A stretch of 37,113 nucleotides of DNA from Nitrososphaerota archaeon (GCA_028867755.1 JAGWFT010000003.1:1-37113), one strand, 5' to 3'. Positions 1 through 9,805 are shown, counted from the stretch's first letter. Made by a program: numbers and translations. Notes: a model not told the origin generated them from the letters alone.

Positions 1-108
1 TGGTGGTGTAGTTGGTGGTGTAGTTGGTGGTGTAGTTGGTGGTGTAGTTGGTGGTGTAGTTGGTGGTGTAGTTGGTGGTGTAGTTGGTGGTGTAGTTGGT
101 GGTGTAGT
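1..108. repeat. Tandem repeat, 9 perfect copies of the 12-mer TGGTGGTGTAGT within the window, encoding (TTPP)n on the minus strand
   Basis: Read directly; no spacers; may continue beyond the left edge. Confidence 0.95.
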
Positions 109-552
109 TGGTGTAGGTATTGATAATGATGAAGTGCCAGAACTACCAGAATGGGTAGAATCTCCAGCATATGTGCCAGTTATTGTTATGCTGCTAGGCA
201 AGCTATAGGGAGGCGTATACGTAAGTTCACATTTGTTGTTTGCAAGTATGCATACATTTGGAGCAAAAATACCGCCTGCTCCGTTATCACTCCATGATAT
301 GATGCCAATCAAAGAGGCAGATGGATTAGAAGTATCAACAACAGTTGCAGTAACAATAACTGTATTTCCAGAGGTAAGTGTTTTAGGATTTGATGTAACT
401 GTGGTGATAGTAACATCGCTGCCGTTGTCGGCCATCACATGAACAATAGTAAAGTCGTCAAAAAGTGATAAGCACAATATGCAAGTTACAAGTAAAATTG
501 TAACCAAGAAATTTTTTATATCTGATTTAATGTACACATTAAACTTATACAT
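1..552 (-). CDS. Secreted Ig-like domain protein with Thr/Pro tandem-repeat linker; runs off the left edge (partial). Not in the ORF track
   Basis: Open frame from ATG 552 (alternative GTG 537) to position 1: MYKFNVYIKSDIKNFLVTILLVTCILCLSL (signal-like), then beta-rich VTITTVTSNPKTLTSGNTVIVTATVVD...ITITGTYAGDSTHSGSSGTS (resembles Ig-like/Big domain end motif), then (TTPP)n. Confidence 0.8.
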   Translation of the reverse strand, partial: MYKFNVYIKSDIKNFLVTILLVTCILCLSLFDDFTIVHVMADNGSDVTITTVTSNPKTLTSGNTVIVTATVVDTSNPSASLIGIISWSDNGAGGIFAPNVCILANNKCELTYTPPYSLPSSITITGTYAGDSTHSGSSGTSSLSIPTPTTPPTTPPTTPPTTPPTTPPTTPPTTPPTTPPTTPP

Positions 553-763
553 GATTCCACATTTATTCGTGTCATACATCTACCCATTAAAAAAATCTTG
601 AGATAATATGTGATCTATTGTAGGCTCTTGGATTTCACATGTGGTGTATTATTGACCGAATCTTTTTCACATGCTCATCTTTTTTCAAATGGTGATATCC
701 ATATGATGATATCCATAATGATGATGGCTAGCAAAAGACAAGCCTGTAAAGGAGATCAAAGTC

Positions 764-831
764 AATTTTTGCCAATTGCAATTCATTCCGAAATTAACTA
801 ATTTTTAGTAAATTGCTTATATGCGGGCAAA
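764..831 (+). promoter_or_regulatory. Promoter of PEFG-CTERM paralogue 1 (AATTG-CTTATAT TATA region)
   Basis: CTTATAT at 816-822, 30 nt before GTG 846; region conserved with 14391-14456 upstream of the paralogue. Confidence 0.65.
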
Positions 832-845
832 CAGACTCGTCTTTA

Positions 846-1838
846 GTGAAAGTCAGCACTAAAGGGCTAGTATTACTTGGTATTTTGATTAGCGCGGCTG
901 GCGTAGTTCCAGCATTTGCTGCTACTAATTCAACCATGAATATGGCCAATTCTACAATGGCTGCCACCTCATATGGCGGCATGTCTGCTTCCAATTCCAC
1001 TATGCATATGATGACTAATTCTACCGTTCCATCTAATTTGCCCCCTCCTCCTCACATGCTATATAATTCAACTAATCCAGGCCAAATAACAAGCATGGGT
1101 GGTGCTGCTCCTGCTATTACGGTTATGACAGACAAGTTGTCTTATAATGATGGAGATAAGATAACGATTTCAGGCAAAACAAGAGATAATCTAGGCGATA
1201 CTCCTCTTACAGTAATAATACGAAACCCAGTTGGAAATGTGGTCAAAATTGATCAAGTCCCAGTTTCTACTGATAATACATTTTCTACTAGCATGACATC
1301 AGGCGGTGCGTTATGGCAGGCAGCTGGAACATATTCTGTATATGTACAGTTTGGCGGCCCAGATAGATCTGCTACACTCACATTCCAGTTCGCAGGCTCA
1401 TCTCAAGGAAATACATTCCCAGTAGATGGCACTAATGTCTCAGTAAAATACAGTATAACAAATGGAAAGGTTCTTGACATCAAAGCTGATACTAATTCTA
1501 AATCACTAATTGTAACAATTCAGACAACTGGTGACGGTGCATTAACAATTGATATGCCACGTTCATTAATTGATGCAAAGAAAACCGATGGCACAGATGA
1601 TCAGTACTTTGTACTAAATGATGGTCAAGAAAACGACCAATTCCAGGAGACTAGCAATACTGCTACTGATAGGACACTCCAAATCCCATTCACTAATGGA
1701 ACATCTCAAATAGAGATAATTGGAACAATGGTAGTTCCAGAGTTTGGCCCAATCGCAGCCCTAGTACTTGCAGTTGCAATCATATCAATAATTGCAATCT
1801 CAACCAAGACAGGACTGAGATTTACACCAAAGATATAG
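846..1838 (+). CDS. PEFG-CTERM surface protein: signal peptide, Met/Ser/Thr/Asn-rich N-terminus, two beta-rich domains
   Basis: C-terminal VVPEFGPIAALVLAVAIISIIAISTKTGLRF (PEFG + TM helix + basic tail); signal peptide ending VPAFA; GTG 846 preferred over 813 from TATA spacing. Confidence 0.88.
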   Translation: MKVSTKGLVLLGILISAAGVVPAFAATNSTMNMANSTMAATSYGGMSASNSTMHMMTNSTVPSNLPPPPHMLYNSTNPGQITSMGGAAPAITVMTDKLSYNDGDKITISGKTRDNLGDTPLTVIIRNPVGNVVKIDQVPVSTDNTFSTSMTSGGALWQAAGTYSVYVQFGGPDRSATLTFQFAGSSQGNTFPVDGTNVSVKYSITNGKVLDIKADTNSKSLIVTIQTTGDGALTIDMPRSLIDAKKTDGTDDQYFVLNDGQENDQFQETSNTATDRTLQIPFTNGTSQIEIIGTMVVPEFGPIAALVLAVAIISIIAISTKTGLRFTPKI

Positions 1839-1858
1839 CCACTCCGATAATCTTAAGA

Positions 1859-1884
1859 CAAAACCCCAGCACCTAGGGTTTTGC
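1859..1884 (+). terminator. Possible terminator hairpin CAAAACCC...GGGTTTTG followed by T-rich tract
   Basis: 8-bp inverted repeat about 20 nt after the stop at 1838. Confidence 0.4.
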
Positions 1885-1924
1885 AATTTACATTTTTTGA
1901 TAATGTGATTCTGTTATATTACAC

Positions 1925-2971
1925 ATGGACACATATCACGATGACAAGTATTTCATGACTTTTGATTCTACTGTAAAAATGTCAGACGCCATTGCTATAG
2001 AAGCAAACAATCTAACAAAAGTTTATCGCGATAGTATTAGAGCAGTAGATGGAATAAGTTTCTCAGTTAGACAGGGCGAGATATTTGGCTTACTTGGTCC
2101 AAACGGGGCAGGAAAAACCACTACTATTAAGATGATAATAACTCTTACCAAGGCAACTTCTGGGACATTGCATGTTTTTGGAATAGATGTTTTCAAATCT
2201 CCAGAAACTGTAAGAGAAATGCTTGGATATGTACCACAGAGTATATCTGTTGACACTGATCTTACCGCGTATGAAAATTTATTGATATTTTCCAAATTGT
2301 CATATGTAAACAAGAAGGAACGCAACGAGAGAATAAGAAATGCACTGGAATACATGGATCTCTCAAGCAGGGCAGATGATATAGTCAAGCGCTATAGTGG
2401 AGGCATGATGCGCAGGTTAGAAATTGCACAAGCGCTTGTCAATAGGCCAAAAATTCTGCTTTTGGATGAACCAAGCATTGGTCTTGATCCATCCTCAAAA
2501 AAACAAGTGTGGAAAAATATCAAGCAATTAAATCAAGAATTCGGCACTACCATCCTAATTACAACTCATGATATGGGAGAGGCAGATGAGCTCTGTGACA
2601 GGATAGCTATCATGTCAGAAGGCAAGATAGCGATTTTGGGAACTCCTCTAGATCTAAAAAGAGATGTGGGAGGAGACATTGTAACAGTAAACCTTGCTTT
2701 TACACCTCCAATCATGTCATTACCAAAAGAGATAGGAAACATCGTACATAATAATGAAAAATCCATTCAAATCTTAACCACTAACGGTGAAGAAGCAATT
2801 CCACTCATTGCAGATTTCTTTAGGAGTCATGAAATTAGAGTGGAATCCATCTCGATTAACAAAGCAAATTTGGATGATGTTTTTATGAAATATGCAAAAA
2901 GAAGGCTTGGCGATGAGATGTATAAAGCCACACGCAATACACGTCGTGATTTTGCGAGGCGTGCAAGATGA
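1925..2971 (+). CDS. ABC-2/DrrA-like exporter ATP-binding subunit (true start possibly 1955 or 1979)
   Basis: Walker A GPNGAGKTT, signature YSGGM, Walker B LLLDE, H-loop TTH, C-terminal NLDDVF. Confidence 0.92.
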   Translation: MDTYHDDKYFMTFDSTVKMSDAIAIEANNLTKVYRDSIRAVDGISFSVRQGEIFGLLGPNGAGKTTTIKMIITLTKATSGTLHVFGIDVFKSPETVREMLGYVPQSISVDTDLTAYENLLIFSKLSYVNKKERNERIRNALEYMDLSSRADDIVKRYSGGMMRRLEIAQALVNRPKILLLDEPSIGLDPSSKKQVWKNIKQLNQEFGTTILITTHDMGEADELCDRIAIMSEGKIAILGTPLDLKRDVGGDIVTVNLAFTPPIMSLPKEIGNIVHNNEKSIQILTTNGEEAIPLIADFFRSHEIRVESISINKANLDDVFMKYAKRRLGDEMYKATRNTRRDFARRAR

Positions 2972-3738
2972 ACATTCGAAGGTTTCTTTCTAGTTCTATT
3001 ACAATTGCAGAGATGGAGGCAAGAAAGATTCGACATGACTCGACTGAGCTTTGGACTAGAATTATTCAACCTGCACTTTGGTTACTTGTTTTTGGAGAGA
3101 CCTTTAATGCCATCAAGGCTATGCCGTCTGGTAACTTTTCATATATCCAGTTTATCACTCCTGGCATCTTGGCCCAATCTGTCTTGTTTATTTCCATTTT
3201 TTATGGCATAACAGTAGTCTGGGAAAAAGATGTAGGAATAATTACCAAGCTTCTATCAACACCATCTCCACGCTCGTCTATAGTTTTAGGAAAATCACTT
3301 GCTGCAGGTCTAAGAGGTGCTTTTCAGGCTATAGTGATATTTGCCTTGGCATTGTTAATTGGAGCCAAGATAAGGCTTGACCCAATAGACGTAGCAGGTG
3401 TTTTTGCAGTTGTAATACTTTTTGCCATGTGTTTCTCAAGCCTCTCGATGTTTCTTGCCTCATATCTGAAAACTAGGGACAGGATGATGGGAATTGGCCA
3501 AGCGTTGACTATGCCGCTTTTCTTTGCAAGTAACGCCATATACCCAATATCTGTAATGCCAATCTGGCTACAATATGTTTCTATCGCAAATCCGCTCAGC
3601 TATGCCGTAGACGCAATTAGGTCCATGCTCCTTGTAGGAACATATGGCAACTTGTTAGTTGATATGCTTGTACTATTTCTTTCTACAATTGTTTTTCTGG
3701 TATTGGCTTCTATGTCGATAAAGAAATTATTAGAATGA
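2968..3738 (+). CDS. ABC-2 type exporter permease (DrrB-like)
   Basis: About six TM segments, IQFITPGILAQ, PLFFASNAIYP, NPLSYAVDAIR; ATGA overlap with the ATPase gene. Confidence 0.9.
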   Translation: MNIRRFLSSSITIAEMEARKIRHDSTELWTRIIQPALWLLVFGETFNAIKAMPSGNFSYIQFITPGILAQSVLFISIFYGITVVWEKDVGIITKLLSTPSPRSSIVLGKSLAAGLRGAFQAIVIFALALLIGAKIRLDPIDVAGVFAVVILFAMCFSSLSMFLASYLKTRDRMMGIGQALTMPLFFASNAIYPISVMPIWLQYVSIANPLSYAVDAIRSMLLVGTYGNLLVDMLVLFLSTIVFLVLASMSIKKLLE

Positions 3739-3912
3739 TAAACTCAAATTCATTTTTAAATTACTAATTGTACTGATATAAAAAATAAAAAAATGGTTCA
3801 AAAATTTATTCTTGAAATCCATTTGGGATGATCTTGCCTTAACTTTTTTTGAGATTGTTTCTTACTGTAATGACTTTTGGTTAAAGGTATCTTATGATAA
3901 ATGGAAAAAGAA

Positions 3913-4458
3913 TTAATCCTTGCCCAGCTCATCATCTATTTTATCTTGTGTGGTTCTGTATCTCTTGTATCTTGCATTCCACTTTGAAAAGAAACTATAT
4001 TCTTTAAGCGCTACAAAGAGCAATACTGCAGCAAATATTATACATATGAAGATGAACACTTGTATTCCGATGAATATGGGGGCATCTTGATGCATAGGGT
4101 GCAGAGGAGGATGAAACGGAATCTCTCTGATGATAGAATCACCATTCTTTTCAACTAGGTATAACTGGGTACCGCTAGATGTCATGTTGCTCATGGATGT
4201 CATGTTATTGCCCATCTCCTCGTGATTTCGTTCAAGGTTGAGAACGCTATATCTGGGGTGTCCAAGAAGTATGCCCCCCATTACAAGTGCAACAGGGGCA
4301 AAAATTAGAGCAGATGCAATAAAGATGAGAAATATGCGCCTAGAGCTATTTGTGTGAGACAGAAGATCGTCTATCATCTTAAACATGTTCTCTGGGTCCC
4401 TCTTACCGCTATCTCCATCATCTGGTTTTTTATCTTGATTTTCTTCTGGTTCAGACAA
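3913..4458 (-). CDS. Two-TM membrane protein with Met/His-rich loop
   Basis: Two hydrophobic helices flank HEEMGNNMTSMSNMTSS...FHPPLHPMHQD; same strand as and 41 nt downstream of the wHTH gene. Confidence 0.75.
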   Translation of the reverse strand: MSEPEENQDKKPDDGDSGKRDPENMFKMIDDLLSHTNSSRRIFLIFIASALIFAPVALVMGGILLGHPRYSVLNLERNHEEMGNNMTSMSNMTSSGTQLYLVEKNGDSIIREIPFHPPLHPMHQDAPIFIGIQVFIFICIIFAAVLLFVALKEYSFFSKWNARYKRYRTTQDKIDDELGKD

Positions 4459-4499
4459 TTTAGTGATTCAACTACTCCTTGTGTAAATAAAACATTTCG

Positions 4500-4805
4500 T
4501 TAACTTTGTTCATGATCTTTTTTTTCACTCCTTGGAAAGATTTCCTCATAAGGCTCTAGAACCATCTTGCAAAGCTGTCTACCTTTTTCGGTAACTGAAT
4601 ATTTTATGACTTTCTTATTTCCCCATGGTATTTCTATCCTTTGTATGAATCCTTTTCGTTCTAGACTTTCCAGTATGTCCTTATGCTTCATCAAGTTTAA
4701 ACCGCAATAACTTAGTAGATTTGTTTGATTAAGCTCACCAAATTCTGTGAGCTTCAAAAGTATATCCTTTCTTATATAGACCCGATCACGATACTCATGC
4801 GACAA
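4500..4805 (-). CDS. Winged helix-turn-helix transcription regulator (probable start TTG 4805; ORF track extends to 4913)
   Basis: YRDRVYIRKDILLKL...NQTNLLSYCGLN...LESLERKGFI...YSVTEKG, an archaeal wHTH pattern. Confidence 0.8.
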   Translation of the reverse strand: MSHEYRDRVYIRKDILLKLTEFGELNQTNLLSYCGLNLMKHKDILESLERKGFIQRIEIPWGNKKVIKYSVTEKGRQLCKMVLEPYEEIFPRSEKKDHEQS

Positions 4806-5199
4806 GGATATCGCCTTGTTGGAAGTAAAATTCTGTATTAAGCTTTTACATGAACATTTTGCAAGAATTGTCACCTGACTGTGCATACTTCCACTAACAA
4901 TGTTCCTGAACAAAGTTTGACAATTATTTAATTCTGCTAATTGAATGGAAAAACGTGGGCATGATTTTGAATTCTACCGTGGAGGAAATAAGATCTTCTC
5001 ACAACCCCTTTGATCTTAATGCATGCTTCTTTGGTAGGGATGCCCACGTAAACTGTCTTGACACAAATCTAAAACGTACTTTCATGATGAAATTATTGTT
5101 GTTATGTAATTCGTATAGCAACTATTTTTTTCACAATCTTGATATTTTTTTTGCAAAGTCATTTAATTATATTGGGAAAAACAATCTGGAGTATAATAT

Positions 5200-5967
5200 T
5201 TGTTGAATAGAGATAAATCAGGTCCTAAACGCAATTCTGCTAAAGTGGTAAACGAATCACAAGTTAATGACGTTAGTTCAAACTCAATAGCACTTGCCGT
5301 CAAAAACTTATCAAAGATATATGATTCCGTTGCAGGAAAAGTTGTAGCCTTACAAGACATTAATTTCACTGTAAAAAAAGGAGAATTTGTCTCTATAGTG
5401 GGTCCTTCAGGAAGCGGTAAATCCACCCTCCTCAATATGATAGGCGCATTAGATAGGCCCACCTCAGGCCAGGTATATATTAATGGAATAGATATTTTTT
5501 CTTTGAAAGATTCTGAAATAGCTACTATGAGAAACAACCTCATCGGATTTATTTTTCAGTCATTTAATTTAATCAACAGAACAACTGTTTTGAAAAATGT
5601 AAAACTGCCTAGCGTGATATCAGGAATGAGTACGTCTGAGGCTAACATGCGAGCAATGAAAATTTTAGAAGCCTTGGGAATTGCTGACAAGGCAACACAA
5701 AAGCCAGTCAATCTCAGCGGAGGACAGCAACAAAGAGTAGCAATTGCTAGATCGCTAGTAAACAACCCAGCAATAGTTTTGGCAGATGAACCGACAGGTA
5801 ACCTTGATACAAAAACCGGGGAGGATGTTTTTGACATGCTCAAAACCCTGTCGCATAAATTCAAGCGTACTATAATAATGGTCACACACAATCCAGAGCT
5901 TTCAGAATCAACTGATAGATCTATATTGATACGAGATGGAAGAATTGAACAAGATGTCATCAATTAA
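5200..5967 (+). CDS. MacB/LolD-family ABC ATP-binding protein
   Basis: GPSGSGKST, LSGGQQQRVAIAR, LADEPTGNLD, VTHN. Confidence 0.93.
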   Translation: MLNRDKSGPKRNSAKVVNESQVNDVSSNSIALAVKNLSKIYDSVAGKVVALQDINFTVKKGEFVSIVGPSGSGKSTLLNMIGALDRPTSGQVYINGIDIFSLKDSEIATMRNNLIGFIFQSFNLINRTTVLKNVKLPSVISGMSTSEANMRAMKILEALGIADKATQKPVNLSGGQQQRVAIARSLVNNPAIVLADEPTGNLDTKTGEDVFDMLKTLSHKFKRTIIMVTHNPELSESTDRSILIRDGRIEQDVIN

Positions 5968-8023
5968 CGTGTCCAACAAGTTTCGCATGATTTTTGGAAA
6001 GAACCTGGCACCAAAGATTATTTCTGCTGTCTTGATTGTACTATTGTTTGCTCCATCGTTTAATATGCCATCATCAGCACAAGTGGAACAGCAAAACAAC
6101 TGTGCTGCTCCACTTACCACAACCATTAATGCGTTCTATAGTGGACCTGTTGCAACAGATGCATACTGGGTTAATCAAGGAGTTTCATCAGCTAGCAATA
6201 GCACCTCAACTAATCCGGTAAAAAAAGAGGTGGGACCAGGAGAGGGCGCAGAGACATTTGCAGTTGTCTTAATCAATAGAGGAAACTTTCCAATCAACTC
6301 AGTCACAGGCTTTCTCAATCTTCCACCTGGATTTACTTCAACAGGTGAAAGTAAGGTACCACAACTTCTTCAGCAGTACAATCCAGCATCAAAGTTTGCA
6401 AATAGTAACTATGCACTTGGTAGCTTCTATGGCTCAGTTCAGCCTGGAGGGACATTTGTTTTGTATTTTAATGTCAACGTTTCAGATACAGCAAAGGTTC
6501 AAACATACAATGTTAATCTAGTAGCCAATTATTACATACTGCAAACTAACCAAGGCGGCACTTACATTGAGGATTGTACTTCGGCCATACTCGAAGTCCC
6601 CATGGTTCTTCCAGGCAAGGTAATCTTGGATGTTTCATCACAAAACAGCTACATAGCTCCATCGCAAAGTGATCCAATAACAATATCTATTGTGAATAAA
6701 GGATCTGCTGCCGCAACTGGTGTCATTGCTTCAATTACAAATCTTGGCCAAAAGGGAAATTCAGGTTCATCTGGAAGTGGAGGTTCATTGACATTATCAT
6801 CAACAACCACTAATATCGTCAATCTTGGAGCTAATCAATTCAATTTAGGTACTATTCCAGCTGGTGGCTCTGCAAATATCACCACCACTGTCTTTCCCTC
6901 AAGTTCTGCAGGAGGCCAAACACAGGATGTCACAATACAACTTTCATACGAAAATGCATGGGGTGCACAAGAAAACACTCAGTTAAACACCGGTGTGGTA
7001 GTTACTCCAATTCCGCCACAATCATTGAGTCTTGCTTATGTTGGTAATACCACTTCTCCAGTAATTACTGCTGGAAATCTTGCCCCATTGAATTTTACAG
7101 TAGCAAACAATAGTACATCTGAGGCGTCAAATGTAATAATATCCCTCGTTCCACAGTCAACCTCTGTCTCAGTTGTAGGTCAGTCAACATGGACCATACC
7201 CAAGTTGGAACCAGGTCAACAGCAGTATCTATCCACCCAAGTATTTGCTGCAACTTCTTTGATTGATACTCCAGCTTCTTTTACACTTACAGCAAATTAT
7301 GTAGCAAATGGGCAGACCCAGGCTAATTCCTTGACATTAGGTGCATTTGTCATTGGAAATATCAAGTTGCAAGTATATGGTCTGGCAGTAAACTATGTGG
7401 GTACATCACCACAAATTGCAGGCAGCCTGCTAAACCAGGGAAGCACTACTGGACTTTATGGCACAATACAACTGGCCCCATCCCCCCTGCTTGATGCTAT
7501 AAGACAAGCCAGAATAGACAATGCTAATAGTTCTAATTATAATTCATCGTCATTCCAACAAGCTGATACCCAATTTGCATCAAGCCAAGGATCTGGCGGA
7601 GGAGGTCGTGGAGCCGCATCTTCACAACAATTTTTAGGAGACCTCACAGCAGATTCTCCAATTCCATTTAGTATACCGATTAACGGCTTGAACTTGCTCA
7701 AGCCTGGAAACTATGCTGTCTCGTTTAAGGTAGTATATGCCGATGATCTCAAGAATTTCCATACACTCATTCTCACTCAAAATGTCATGGTTGCTAAAAG
7801 TCCGACCACACATACACGTACACAGGGATCAATTATTGATCAAATCTTAGGTGATCCTTTACTACTAACTGCTGTTGGTGTTTCTATCGCTGGAGCTATA
7901 GCAGCAGCAATAATAATTCGAAAGAGAAAAACTCGTAAAAAACTAAAGATGCTGACTGGTGATGATAAAGACATAGTAGCAGTTTTAGAAAACGTTGACA
8001 AAGAGCAAAATGAATCCAAATGA
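5954..8023 (+). CDS. COG1361-like S-layer-domain/CARDB-repeat secreted protein with C-terminal TM anchor
   Basis: Signal peptide, repeated Ig-like units (NKGSAAATGV; LGTIPAGGS; IPKLEPGQ; FLGDLTADS), C-terminal TM plus RKRKTRKK; lies between ABC ATPase and permease as typical for this family; ATG 5954 preferred over 5936. Confidence 0.8.
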   Translation: MSSINVSNKFRMIFGKNLAPKIISAVLIVLLFAPSFNMPSSAQVEQQNNCAAPLTTTINAFYSGPVATDAYWVNQGVSSASNSTSTNPVKKEVGPGEGAETFAVVLINRGNFPINSVTGFLNLPPGFTSTGESKVPQLLQQYNPASKFANSNYALGSFYGSVQPGGTFVLYFNVNVSDTAKVQTYNVNLVANYYILQTNQGGTYIEDCTSAILEVPMVLPGKVILDVSSQNSYIAPSQSDPITISIVNKGSAAATGVIASITNLGQKGNSGSSGSGGSLTLSSTTTNIVNLGANQFNLGTIPAGGSANITTTVFPSSSAGGQTQDVTIQLSYENAWGAQENTQLNTGVVVTPIPPQSLSLAYVGNTTSPVITAGNLAPLNFTVANNSTSEASNVIISLVPQSTSVSVVGQSTWTIPKLEPGQQQYLSTQVFAATSLIDTPASFTLTANYVANGQTQANSLTLGAFVIGNIKLQVYGLAVNYVGTSPQIAGSLLNQGSTTGLYGTIQLAPSPLLDAIRQARIDNANSSNYNSSSFQQADTQFASSQGSGGGGRGAASSQQFLGDLTADSPIPFSIPINGLNLLKPGNYAVSFKVVYADDLKNFHTLILTQNVMVAKSPTTHTRTQGSIIDQILGDPLLLTAVGVSIAGAIAAAIIIRKRKTRKKLKMLTGDDKDIVAVLENVDKEQNESK

Positions 8024-9257
8024 TATCTTTGGGCTTGCATATGATGCTCTTGTAGATAGGAAAGTTAGAACAATACTAACAGTGCTGATGGTAGTTTTAG
8101 GTGCAAGTCTTGTTGTAGTGATAAACGGTCTTAGTGCTGGGCAGTCTGCATTTTTACAGCAACAATTTAGTTCCTTAGCAACTAATGTTATTACTGCAAC
8201 ATCAGGGCAACGCTCGTATTATGGAGGAGGCTCATCACAGGCTTCTCTAATCATTAACGATATAATAGTAAATAAAATCAAAGCACTCCCATTTGTTTCT
8301 GATGTCGTTCCGCAGTACACTGGTTCAGTAACAATTGACTCGTATGGTAATGTCCAACGTATTTCTGTGACAGGAATGAACCCAACAAAGTTAACAGTAC
8401 AGTTGCCAAACCTAGAGTTTGTCGATGGTTCTACTCTTGAACCAAACGATCGATCTGCTGCGGTTGTAGGTGATACAATAGCCAATCCGGCAGGAGCAAC
8501 AACACCATTTGTAACAGTGGGTCAAACACTCAAAATAACTTATAGTTACTCAGATCCAGCAGGAAAACAAGAACAAGAAGTCAGAAATTTTCTTGTAACT
8601 GCAATAATGAAGCCATCTGGAAACACAAGAATTGACAATTCCCTTGTGATCAATCCGGACGCAGCAAATCAACTCTTACGTAAATCCGGAAGATATGATT
8701 CGTTGCTTGTGCAAACTATTGATGATAGTTACGTAAATACTGTACAGGATGAGATAACTAGTCTTTATGGAAAAAATATTGGAACAAATACCCCGCAAGC
8801 AACTTTGAAGGTAAGACAACAAGCAACTAGTGGAAATGCAGCTTTTGTTGAGATGATTGGGATAATTGCACTGGTTGTAGGTGCTGTAGGAATAGTAACT
8901 ACGCTGTATAATTCGGTAACTGAAAGAATTCGTGAGATTGGTACAATGAAAGCAATAGGTGCACAAAATTCATCCATACTGGCACTTTTCCTAGTCGAGG
9001 CAGCCTTGATTGGAATAATGGGTGCAACCCTAGGCGTGACTATTGGAATAATAAGTGGATATGCTATGACTGGTCTATCATCTCAGCAAGGCAGCGGAGG
9101 TCCAGGTTTTAACATCAGTTCCTTTCCACCCATTTTTCTTCCACAAGATCTAATCAAAGTCTGGTTCTTGTCAGTATTGCTAGCCATCGGGGCAGGAATC
9201 TTTCCTGCATGGAAAGCATCAAAATTGTCTCCAATGGTAGCTTTGAGAAGAGAGTAA
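8010..9257 (+). CDS. MacB/FtsX-family ABC permease
   Basis: RKVRTILTVL TM1, large extracytoplasmic domain, ERIREIGTMKAIGA, FPAWKASKLSPMVALRRE. Confidence 0.92.
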   Translation: MNPNDIFGLAYDALVDRKVRTILTVLMVVLGASLVVVINGLSAGQSAFLQQQFSSLATNVITATSGQRSYYGGGSSQASLIINDIIVNKIKALPFVSDVVPQYTGSVTIDSYGNVQRISVTGMNPTKLTVQLPNLEFVDGSTLEPNDRSAAVVGDTIANPAGATTPFVTVGQTLKITYSYSDPAGKQEQEVRNFLVTAIMKPSGNTRIDNSLVINPDAANQLLRKSGRYDSLLVQTIDDSYVNTVQDEITSLYGKNIGTNTPQATLKVRQQATSGNAAFVEMIGIIALVVGAVGIVTTLYNSVTERIREIGTMKAIGAQNSSILALFLVEAALIGIMGATLGVTIGIISGYAMTGLSSQQGSGGPGFNISSFPPIFLPQDLIKVWFLSVLLAIGAGIFPAWKASKLSPMVALRRE

Positions 9258-9305
9258 TGCAATTACTATTTTTATAATCTCAAATGTATGTATTTTGATT
9301 CGTAC

Positions 9306-9713
9306 CTAGTTACACCAGGCAGTTATCATGCTATCTACTTTGGATATTCCATCTATTCCTTGCATAGTTTTTGTAACAATACTGTCAGCTTGGCCAGACG
9401 CGGTTGGTATTGTTAACTCAGATACAGAATTGGCATCAGGTTTACTTATGTGGATGTAGCTCCACCATGGATGACTACCAAGAATGTCTCCACTAAAATC
9501 AATATTTGATAAATTCTGTTTTAGACTGTTAATAGTTTTTGCTTCATCAAATTTTTCAGGATTGCTGTAGATGACTGTGTATGTAGTTTCACATTGAGGG
9601 TCACTTGGTGTCTGTGCAGTTGCATACGAATGAGACAGAAACGAAATTGACAGTACGGCGCACATTGCAAATATTCCAGGCAGAATAATTGCAAGTTTTT
9701 GGCTTTGGTTCAC
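9306..9713 (-). CDS. Hypothetical secreted protein
   Basis: Signal peptide ending SYATA; two Cys at opposite ends of the mature domain (possible disulfide). Confidence 0.7.
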   Translation of the reverse strand: MNQSQKLAIILPGIFAMCAVLSISFLSHSYATAQTPSDPQCETTYTVIYSNPEKFDEAKTINSLKQNLSNIDFSGDILGSHPWWSYIHISKPDANSVSELTIPTASGQADSIVTKTMQGIDGISKVDSMITAWCN

Positions 9714-9805
9714 TATGTAGGATTAATATGAAAACTGACTTAAACTAGGTGGAATTATGGTCAAAATTGTGTTTCCATTGTGGAACAAATTCCAACAATC
9801 ATGTG

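Noticed and set aside
1-108. Possible CRISPR array or telomere-like repeat
   Set aside because: Contiguous 12-mers with no spacers, in frame within a coding sequence (TTPP); no cas genes in the window
233-1000. ORFs 233..442, 610..801 and 794..1000
   Set aside because: Antisense to the Ig-like and PEFG genes, or lying in promoter DNA
2023-3539. Antisense and alternate-frame ORFs over the ABC-2 genes (2023..2388, 2566..2766, 2827..3069, 3005..3211, 3324..3539)
   Set aside because: Shadow ORFs of well-supported genes, with no motifs
4955-6221. ORFs 4955..5206, 5163..5543, 5556..5963, 5908..6126 and 6036..6221
   Set aside because: Shadows of the ABC operon, or AT-rich promoter DNA with non-protein-like composition
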